Of a stretch of DNA of 64,000 bases, positions 55,872-64,000 are shown one piece after another. Below the pieces are notes generated by a model. The model saw only the letters and a list, made by a program, of their open reading frames with translations. It searched no databases and was not told the origin of the DNA. This stretch comes from Alphaproteobacteria bacterium (lineage in GTDB: Bacteria > Pseudomonadota > Alphaproteobacteria > JAAXGF01), in NCBI GenBank assembly GCA_963555825.3, contig CAUVXB020000001.1, positions 288,001 to 352,000 on the forward strand, read 5' to 3'. Within the stretch, counting starts at the first letter, position 1. Each line of letters begins with the position of its first letter. The position numbers were made by a program, and so were the translations under genes.

Positions 55872-56231
55872 TTGACGACGCCAGATTGCCCTACTCCACG
55901 AATACGCGGGTTGGGCAAGGAGGTAATCCGGCTCCTCAACCTCGCTCCTCTAAGCCTGCTGGCGGCTATGAGGAGGCATCCATCCGAATGGCATTTGTCA
56001 GCTTACCGCTCGAAAGCGGACGCCCAGCGTGTCAGCCGCCGAGGTCTGCTCCTGACCCAGGCTGTGTAAAAACCGCCCCCGAGCGCTATTGGCACGATTT
56101 TCTCTGACTTCTCGAATTTCTAAACTCAACAAAATCAACATCTTATCAGACCACCTATAGAAGAATTGACCGGGAATAGAAGAATTGACTGGGAACTCTC
56201 CTGTTAGTGGTATTTGCCGGCGTTTTTACAC

Positions 56232-57592
56232 ATGGCGTAACTCGGGGATCGGGCACTGCTCTCCTTAATGTAGCAACGACCGGCATGGGCCGGGCGAGCA
56301 CACTGAAAGAGCAGGAGAGCAGCTATGGAACTGTATGTTGGAATGGATGTATCGCTCAAGGAGACCTCGATCTGCGTGGTCGATGACAACGGCGAGATCG
56401 TGTCCGAGGGCGTGGTGATCTCGGAGCCGGCGGCAATCGCGGCGTATATCAGGACAACGGCGCCGCACGCAAAGCGCATCGGTCTGGAGACCGGTCCGAC
56501 GACGACCTGGCTGTGGCATGAGCTCAGGGCGCTCGGCTTGCCGGTGATCTGCATCGATGCGCGTCATGCCAAGGCGGCGCTGTCGATGCAGATCAACAAG
56601 AGCGACCGGAACGATGCCGCCGGGATCGCGCGGATCATGCAGTGCGGTTGGTACAAGGAGGTCCAAGTCAAGAGCGTGGCGTGCCACGAGATACGGGCCG
56701 TCCTGAACAGCCGGGCCCAGTTGGTCAAGATCAAGCGTGATCTCGAGAACCAGATCCGTGGCTTGCTCAAGAACCTCGGCCTCGTCATCGGCAAGGCGGG
56801 CGGCAATGTCTTCCGTCGCCGGGTCGAAGAGCTGCTTGGCGGGCAGGGTCTTTTGTCGGAGGCCGTTCGGCCCCTTCTGGAAGTCCGCGAGAAGGTCGGC
56901 CGAGAGATCGCCGCGCTCTATCGCAAGCTGCTGGGCCTGGCGCGGAACGACGAGGACAGCAGACGTTCCATGACGGTTCCAGGCATCGGGCCGATCACCG
57001 CCTTGGCCTTCCACTCGGCGATCGACGAGCCGAGCCGCTTCCGACGTTCCCGGAGTGTCGGCGCGTACATCGGGCTGACGCCGCGCCGCCATGCTTCCGG
57101 CGAGGTCGATTGGACGGGGCGGATCTCCAAATGCGGCGATCGAATGCTCAGGACCTACCTCTTCGAGGCGGCCGGCGTGCTGCTCACCCGGGTGCCGCGA
57201 TGGTGCGCGCTCAAGGCCTGGGGTCACAGGTTGTGGAAACGCATCGGCTTCAAGAAGGCCAAGATCGCCGTGGCACGGAAGCTGGCGGTCATCCTCCATC
57301 GCATGTGGCGTGATGGAACGGACTTCATCTGGTCAACCAAAGAGGCGGCCGCATAGGGAAACAACGTCCAAGCATTCCGCGAGAGCGGAACCGATGCCCC
57401 TGTCGGGACGGCGGCGTCGGCGAGATCGATCCAGGCTTTGCGATGCCTCACCGAGGCAAGCGCGCTTCACACATTGATCCGCCAACGTCCTCCAACGCCA
57501 TCATGCGGAGGGCCGAGCCCCTACCGCGGAGAGAACAGTGAACCCGGCAGGTACGTCACGGAGAGCTTGACAACCAACCCCCGAGTTAGAGA
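56232..57592 (+). mobile_element. IS110 family, IS1111 group; DEDD recombinase 56325-57356
   Basis: [50 protein letters not shown]; subterminal IRs TAACTCGGGG / CCCCGAGTTA; long 3' non-coding end; no target duplication. Confidence 0.93.
57357..57592 (+). ncRNA. Putative bridge RNA/seekRNA (second copy at 57987-58222)
   Basis: Contains TCCAGGCT and TTCACACA (matching the target flanks) and ACGCCAT and AGAGAACA (matching the donor junction), with internal hairpins such as GCCTC-ACC-GAGGC. RNA ends are not determinable from sequence. Confidence 0.75.
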
Positions 57593-58222
57593 ACGTTCCA
57601 TGACGGTTCCAGGCATCGGGCCGATCACCGCCTTGGCCTTCCACTCGGCGATCGACGAGCCGAGCCGCTTCCGACGTTCCCGGAGTGTCGGCGCGTACAT
57701 CGGGCTGACGCCGCGCCGCCATGCTTCCGGCGAGGTCGATTGGACGGGGCGGATCTCCAAATGCGGCGATCGAATGCTCAGGACCTACCTCTTCGAGGCG
57801 GCCGGCGTGCTGCTCACCCGGGTGCCGCGATGGTGCGCGCTCAAGGCCTGGGGTCACAGGTTGTGGAAACGCATCGGCTTCAAGAAGGCCAAGATCGCCG
57901 TGGCACGGAAGCTGGCGGTCATCCTCCATCGCATGTGGCGTGATGGAACGGACTTCATCTGGTCAACCAAGGAGGCGGCCGCATAGGGAAACAACGTCCA
58001 AGCATTCCGCGAGAGCGGAACCGATGTCCCTGTCGGGACGGCGGCGTCGGCGAGATCGATCCAGGCTTTGCGATGCCTCACCGAGGCAAGCGCGCTTCAC
58101 ACATTGATCCGCCAACGTCCTCCAACGCCATCATGCGGAGGGCCGAGCCCCTACCGCGGAGAGAACAGTGAACCCGGCAGGTACGTCACGGAGAGCTTGA
58201 CAACCAACCCCCGAGTTAGAGA
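57593..58222 (+). repeat. 630-bp tandem duplicate of the IS110 3' part (56963-57592)
   Basis: Direct repeat with two visible substitutions (57341/57971 and 57397/58027). Confidence 0.92.
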
Positions 58223-58504
58223 ACAGCCTGGACCCGTTGCGGGCATGACGCGGCATGGCGAAATTGGTCTGCAAGCCTGGGGCGATCTCGCCGACACCGT
58301 TCGGCGTGCTTACGCCCTTCGACCGGAAGGACGTTCACACCTCACCCGACAGGGAGATCGCTTCCGCCCTTGCGGAAATCATGGGGGTTGTTGCTTCTAA
58401 GCGGCCGCCTACCTGGCTGACCAGATGAAATCAGTTTCATCACGCGACATGCGATGCAGCATGACAAAGCCCCCGCGGGCACTTCGGATCGGAATCGGAG
58501 CGGC

Positions 58505-58687
58505 GGCGAGAGCGGCATGACCATGATCGTGGTGACCCATGAAATGGACTTCGCCCGCACAGTCGCCGACGAGATGGTTTTCATGGACGACGGTCGCATC
58601 ATCGAATCGGCTCTGCCCGACGCGTTCTTCTCGACGACCAAGAGCGACTGCACCAAGCTGTTCCTGAGCCAGATTCTATCGCATTGA
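58505..58687 (+). pseudogene. 3' remnant of a polar amino-acid ABC transporter ATPase
   Basis: GMTMIVVTHEMDFARTVADEMVFMDDGRIIE...FLSQILSH; Walker A/B absent. Confidence 0.8.
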
Positions 58688-58900
58688 CGGGCCCGGTTCG
58701 CCGCCGGTGTCGGGCTTTTGCCGTAGGGCCGGGAGTCACCTCCTGCCTGTCCCTCCAGTTCATCTCATTCGGGCCACCAACGGATTCTTCGCCGCCGCCG
58801 GCGACGCGCTTCTCATCGAAACGCAGGTGTAGCGTGACAAGGCGATGGAGGGGTGAAGTGAGCGCGTTCCGAATGCCGGTTGCCGGCCGTAGCCATATCA

Positions 58901-60075
58901 TACCAGTGAGCGCCTGAATTGACTCTCGGGATATTCATTGATGGCGGATGATGGCGGATTGTGATTCTATGGTCTCCCACCAGATGTGGGGGATGTCATG
59001 GGATCAGCACTCAAGATACGGGATGATTTGACGCCTTTGGAGCTTCGGCGCTGGGCTCGCGTGGAATCGTACGGTCGAGCGGCGGCGCGGGCCTATGGGA
59101 TCGCGAATGCTTTGGAGGAGATGCCCCGGGCTGATGCCGCGCGGCTTGCGGGGATGGATCGCCAAACGCTTCGCGACGCGGTTGTTCGTTACAATGCAAA
59201 GGGATTGGAGGGGCTTCACGACCGTCCAAAGGGCTACTCGCCGCGGCGGCTGACGGCAGACGAGGAAGCGGCGCTGGCGGCGGTCATCATCGCCGGGCCG
59301 GAGCCTGAGCGCGACGGGGTTTGCGCCTGGACCCGGGCCGATCTGTGCCGCTGGCTGGAGGAGCGCTTCGCCAAGACCTACCACCCCTCGAGCATGACCC
59401 GGGTTCTACGGCGGATGGGATTTTCCCGCCAGAAGGCGCGCCCGAGCCACCCGCGAAGGGACGCCGAAGCGCAGGAGCGCTTCAAAAAAGGGGGCTTCGC
59501 GACATCCTGAAGGCGACCGCCGCGGCGCATCCCGACAAGCGCCTACAGCTGTGGTTTCAGGATGAAGCGCGCGTCGGCAACAAGGGCCGGGTGTGTCACC
59601 GGTGGTGGCGCAGGGGCGAGCGTGCCCCCGGGACGCGTCAAATCGGCTACCAGTGGGCCTACATCTTCTCCGCCGTGCGCCCGGACACCGGCGACGACGT
59701 CACCCTGGTGATGCCGAGCGTCAACGCCAAGGTCATGGACCTGTTTCTCGCACACTTCGCCGATACCCTGGACCAGGATGCGCACGCCGTCATGATGTGC
59801 GACGGCGCCGGTTGGCACGACGAGCGCGCCCTCACCGTCCCCGACAACGTCACCTTGGCGCTGTTGCCGCCTTACAGTCCCGAACTCAACCCCGTCGAGC
59901 GGGTTTGGCTCTACCTACGCGAACGCTTCCTATCGCTCCGCGTCCTCGACGACACCGAGGCCATCATCGACGCCTGTTGCCAAGCATGGATCGACCTCAT
60001 CGCAGAACCGGATCGTATGCGAACCCTCTGCGCCTATCCATGGATCATGAAGGTGATTTCATAGGCTCACTGGTA
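58901..60075 (+). mobile_element. IS630-family element type B, copy 5
   Basis: Same sequence, inverted; flanked by TCA/TCA, which is the amidase stop codon. Confidence 0.93.
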
Positions 60076-61461
60076 TCAGTCCAACGGCGGCCGCTGCTTG
60101 CCGTAGCCAGTCGCCTGTTCGTAGGCGTGAGCAATCTGAAGAACCAAAAGGTCGGCGCCGGGTGGGCCCAAGATCTGCAGGCCGCGCGGAATACCGGCAT
60201 CAGAAAGTCCACAGGGAACCGTGGCGGCGGGCAGTCCGAGCAGCGGCGCGGCGAAGAGCAAGGACCAGTCGTGCCTGTCTCCCGCTTCCTCGTCGTTGAA
60301 ACCGAAAGGGTCGGAAAGGTCATTCGGCCAGACCAGGACATCGTGCCGGGCGAAGGCCCGCGATACCTCGTTCCACATCTTGTGCCGACGGGCCTCGGCC
60401 GCCATGAAGTCCACGCCGGTCAGGCTGCGGAACCAGTGATACTTCTGCTCGAGCCGGGAATCGAGGCCGCGCCCGACCGCCGGCTCGACCTCGGCGGCGA
60501 CGCGTTGATAGGCCAGAACGCTGTAGTGATCGTAGAGGTCATCTACATGGTCGATCGGGCATTCGGCGACGACGCAACCGAGACCCTCGAACACGCTGCG
60601 CTGAGCGTCGAAGTTACGGCCGATGTCGGGATCGATCTGGAGGCAGTCATGGTCGCGGCTCCAGCCGATACCGAGCCCCGTCATGTCGCGGGCCAGCTCG
60701 GGAAGGCCAGCGGGAAATGGCGCTGACACCACGACCGGGCAGCGGAGATCGGGCCCTGTCAACGCCGACAAGAACAGAGCAGCATCCGCCACGCTGCGGG
60801 CCAGCGGCCCCGGCGCGTTCATGTTGTGCCATATGGCGGGATTGGGGACGTCGGGAATCATCCAAGACGTCGGGCGGTGGCCGACGATGTTGCACCAGGC
60901 AGCGGGGTTGCGCACGGACCCGCCGATGTCGGAGCCGTCAGCCAGCGAACACAGGCCGGCGGCGAGCGCGGCGCCGCTTCCGCCGCTGCTGGCGCCGGGA
61001 CAGAGGGTGGTGTCGTATGGATTGCGAGTCGGCCCGAACACCGGATTGTCGCAGGTGTTGAGCGCCATGGTGTATTCGGGCGTATTGAGCTTACCCAGGA
61101 TAATGGCGCCTGCGGCCTTCTCCCGCTCGACGACCGAGTGATCGAACGCCGGGACATGATCCTTGAAGGCAAGCGACGCGAACGTGGTGCGAATTCCCTT
61201 GGTCGGGAAGCAGTCCTTCACGCCGATGGGAAGGCCGTGCAGGACGCCGATAGTGTCGCTCCGGGCGCGCGCCTCGTCGGCCAATTTGGCCTCTCCGCGT
61301 GCTTCGTCCAGGCGCAGCGTGACGAAAGCGTTCAGCAGCGGATAAAAGCGTTCGATACGGCCTATGTAGGAATCGACGAGCTCGACCACGCTCAGTTCGC
61401 GCCGATCGAGCAAAGATTTTTGTTCGACGGCGGAGAGGAAACAGAGATCGATTGCGTTCAT
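60076..61461 (-). CDS. Amidase signature family protein
   Basis: LHGLPIGVKD, PGASSGGSGAA, GSDIGGSVRNPA. Confidence 0.9.
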   Translation of the reverse strand: MNAIDLCFLSAVEQKSLLDRRELSVVELVDSYIGRIERFYPLLNAFVTLRLDEARGEAKLADEARARSDTIGVLHGLPIGVKDCFPTKGIRTTFASLAFKDHVPAFDHSVVEREKAAGAIILGKLNTPEYTMALNTCDNPVFGPTRNPYDTTLCPGASSGGSGAALAAGLCSLADGSDIGGSVRNPAAWCNIVGHRPTSWMIPDVPNPAIWHNMNAPGPLARSVADAALFLSALTGPDLRCPVVVSAPFPAGLPELARDMTGLGIGWSRDHDCLQIDPDIGRNFDAQRSVFEGLGCVVAECPIDHVDDLYDHYSVLAYQRVAAEVEPAVGRGLDSRLEQKYHWFRSLTGVDFMAAEARRHKMWNEVSRAFARHDVLVWPNDLSDPFGFNDEEAGDRHDWSLLFAAPLLGLPAATVPCGLSDAGIPRGLQILGPPGADLLVLQIAHAYEQATGYGKQRPPLD

Positions 61462-61590
61462 GACACCGCTACGGTTTATCCGCCATGGACCGTGATCCTC
61501 CCGTTAGGTATCGGCGAAACACGCCGGTCCATGTAATACCGTACCCGAACCCGAAGCTCTGTATTGTAGCTCCGTGACACTGAAACCGCT

Positions 61591-62766
61591 CTAGTGTCCC
61601 GATTCCGAAGTTCGCATGATTTTCGCCTGCTGTTCAGCGATTTCGATTGTTCGGAGGCAGAAGCGCTGGATGGCGCCGAGGATGTCATCGGCGGATTTGG
61701 TCCATTTGAAGGGTTTGGGGTTCTGGTTTGTCGTGTCGATGTAGTCGAGGATGGTGCGCTCCAAGGCCCTTGGTGGAGCGATGGACGCCGCGCCTGATCT
61801 GCTTGTCGTCAGCAGCCCGAACCAGCGCTCGACCTGGTTCAGCCAGGAGGCGCTGGTGGGTGTGAAATGGGCCTGCCAGCGCGGCCGTTTGGCGAACCAG
61901 TCGCGGATCGCCTTGGTCTTGTGGGTCCCGTAGTTGTCCATGACGATGTGGATGTCGAGATCAGCAGGGACGTTCGCCTCGACGAGGTCGAGGAATTTGC
62001 GGAACTCTCGGGCCCGATGGCGCGGGAAACATTTGCCGATGATCTCTCCCGTGGCGATGTCGAGGGCCGCGAAGAGAGAGGTCGTGCCGTGGCGCTTGTA
62101 GTCGTGGCTGCGCCGCTCCGCCTGCCCGGGGCGCATCGGCAAGAGGGGCTGGGAACGGTCCAGGGCCTGGATCTGGCTCTTTTCGTCGACACAGAGAACC
62201 AGGGCACGATCCGGCGGCGCCAAATACAGACCGACGATGTCGCGGACCTTCTCCACGAAGAAGGGATCGCTCGACAGCTTGAAGGTCTCCGAGCGATGCG
62301 GCTGCAAGCCGAGGCCCGCCAGATGCGATGAATGGTCGAGGGCGCGTGGCCGCTCGCCCGCGCCATCGAGCGAAGGCTCCAATGGGTCGCGTCCGGCGGC
62401 GTCTCTTCCAGCGTCAGCCGGACCGCTTCCGCGATGGCGTCATCGCCGATTTCCGCGGCGCGCCGGGGCGGGGTTCGTCGTACAGACCGTCGAGGCCCTC
62501 CGCCGCATAGCGGCGACGCCACTTGCCCACGGTGTCCGCGCTCGCCTCGAGACGAACCGGCGATCTCCTTGTTCTCCAACCCTTCCGCCGCCGCCAAGAC
62601 GATCCGAGCCCGCCGCGCAAGCCCCTGCGACGTCTTGCGACTACGAGACAGCGCCTCCAATTCCCGTCATCGCTCAAAGAGATCGTCACCGATGACTCTC
62701 GCCATCAATCGCGCCTCCTAAAAACAAATAGAGACATAATCATATCAATTGATCACAGGACACTAG
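61591..62766 (-). mobile_element. IS630-family element type A, copy 2, with many small indels
   Basis: CTAG ends; near-identical to 21265-22449 but the frame is broken repeatedly. Confidence 0.88.
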
Positions 62767-62944
62767 ACTCCGACCTTCACCGCCACCTTAGTCCTGTATC
62801 CTAGTCCCGCAACTGAGATTTCACATTCGACGCGTCGCGGACAACGGATCCGGCGTGCATCAGTGTCCCTGAGCCCTCGTGCGGGTCCCGATGTCGCACG
62901 GAGCCAACCGGTTGGTCAGGGAATCTACTTTATGGCTACAGAAC

Positions 62945-63652
62945 CTAACCGGCCCCGCGGCTCTTCACCGAGGCCGCGGTCTGGCTGAACAGCACCTTGC
63001 GTTCGTCCTCGCTGGGTGGACCCGAGCGGCGGAATTCCTTGCCCAGATCGACGGCCCGCTGGACGGCCGGGCGCTGCTTCACCGCTTGGCGCCAGCGCGC
63101 CACATTGGGGAAGTCGTCGAGCGGCTGGCCCAGGGGCTTGGCGATCAGCACCCAGGGCCAGCAGATCATGTCGACGATGGAGTAGTCATCGCCGAGAATA
63201 TAGGCGCGGCCCTCGAGCCGGCGCTCGAGCACGCCGAGGCAGCGGTTGTACTCGTTGGCGTAACGCTGCCTGGAATAGTCATGATCCCCGGGCGCATAGT
63301 TGACGAAATGGCTCAACTGCCCGGCCATCGGTCCCTGGTTGCCGACCTGCCAGAACAGCCACTCCATCATCTCCTTCTTGCCCGCCGCGTCGGCCGGCGC
63401 GAAGCGCCCGGTCTTCTCGGCGAGGTAGAGCAGGATGGCGCCCGACTCGAACACCGTGACCGGTTCGCCGCGCGCGCCGTGGTCGACGATGGCCGGCATG
63501 CGGTTGTTGGGGCTGATGGCGAGGAAGGCGGGGTCGAACTGCTCGCCCTTGCCGATGTCGAGGGGCACCAGATTGTATTCGAGGCCGCACTCCTCGAGCA
63601 TGATGGCGACTTTCCAGCCGTTCGGCGTCGGCCAGTAATGAAAATCGATCAT
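62945..63652 (-). CDS. Glutathione S-transferase, paralog 4
   Basis: MIDFHYWPTPNGWK, SPNNRMPAIVD, FESGAIL. Confidence 0.9.
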   Translation of the reverse strand: MIDFHYWPTPNGWKVAIMLEECGLEYNLVPLDIGKGEQFDPAFLAISPNNRMPAIVDHGARGEPVTVFESGAILLYLAEKTGRFAPADAAGKKEMMEWLFWQVGNQGPMAGQLSHFVNYAPGDHDYSRQRYANEYNRCLGVLERRLEGRAYILGDDYSIVDMICWPWVLIAKPLGQPLDDFPNVARWRQAVKQRPAVQRAVDLGKEFRRSGPPSEDERKVLFSQTAASVKSRGAG

Positions 63653-63656
63653 CGCC

Positions 63657-64000
63657 CTAGCCACCTTCGGTGGCGACGTTTTCAGCGATCAGCGCGTCGA
63701 TGTCGGCCGCCGCCAAGCCGCTCTCGCCGAGCACGGCGCGGGTGTGCTCACCGAGCCGCGGCGCACCGTTGCGGTGGTCTGACGGGGTCGCGGAGAAGCG
63801 CGCGGCGGGGCGCGCCTGCCGGATGCGGCCGGCGTGGGGGTGGTCGCTCTCCACCACCGTCTCGTTCTCGACGATCTGCGGGTGGCGGAAGACGTCGCGG
63901 CGCCGCAGCACCGGGGCGCAGGGCACGTCCTCGGCCTCGAGGCGCGCCAGGCACTCGGCGCTGCTCCAGCCAGCCAGCGACTCCTGGGTCACAGCGAGAC
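63657..64000 (-). CDS. CoA-transferase family III (CaiB/BaiF), C-terminal part
   Basis: DVPCAPV...HPQ...HPHAG...RFSATP...APRLGEHTRAVL; runs off the window. Confidence 0.8.
   Translation of the reverse strand, partial: LAVTQESLAGWSSAECLARLEAEDVPCAPVLRRRDVFRHPQIVENETVVESDHPHAGRIRQARPAARFSATPSDHRNGAPRLGEHTRAVLGESGLAAADIDALIAENVATEGG

Larger units (their letters stand above)
56058..58230. mobile_element. ~180-bp non-autonomous IS1182-type MITE with its right IR interrupted by IS110
   Basis: CAGGCTGTGTAAAAAC ... GTTTTTACAC|AGCCTG, GACC duplication (56054-57, 58231-34), no transposase of its own. Confidence 0.8.
55997..58244 (+). repeat. 71-bp double-hairpin repeat, unit B (55997-56057 plus 58235-58244), interrupted by an IS1182-type MITE
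   Basis: GTCAGCTTACCGCTCGAAAGCGGAC-N22-GTCTGCTCCTGACC|CGTTGCGGGC. Confidence 0.75.

Noticed and set aside
56157-56196. Tandem repeat as a mini-CRISPR
   Set aside because: Two adjacent units with no spacer and no cas genes; no CRISPR array was seen anywhere in the window.
61591-62766. Multiple frameshifts in IS630 type A copy 2 as programmed recoding
   Set aside because: Scattered small indels with few substitutions look like consensus error or decay; the single frameshifts near 693 and 52075 may have the same cause.
62790-62944. Possible MITE remnant downstream of GST paralog 4
   Set aside because: Only weak terminal similarity and no second copy in the window.

Overview
High-GC alphaproteobacterial chromosome window. 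The conserved backbone is rnr-topA-dprA-plsY-pyrC-pyrB ... ruvX-pabCAB <> gatCAB, followed by metabolic genes (an OYE-family flavoenzyme, an MFS transporter, four Nu-class-like GSTs, a PLP enzyme, YbaK and an amidase). About 23 kb (roughly a third) is insertion sequence: ISKra4, IS256, an IS3/IS481-like element, 4x IS1380, 7x IS630 of two types, IS1182 plus a MITE, and IS110/IS1111. The most notable observations are: (1) an IS1111-type element whose 3' non-coding bridge/seekRNA visibly carries all four guide segments and targets the terminal inverted repeat of IS1182-family elements; (2) those IS1182 elements sit at the same position in two copies of a 71-bp double-hairpin repeat that flanks a 2OG-Fe(II) oxygenase gene like a cassette; (3) an in-frame ~60-aa HTH-like insertion in a 3-sulfinopropanoyl-CoA desulfinase; (4) a ~10-kb integrase-less island bounded by a 170-bp duplication of a gene 3' end, carrying a membrane NACHT gene broken by five IS copies; (5) two inward-facing HigBA modules bracketing the ~19 kb that separates ruvX from pyrB. 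All family calls come from motif recognition, not database searches.
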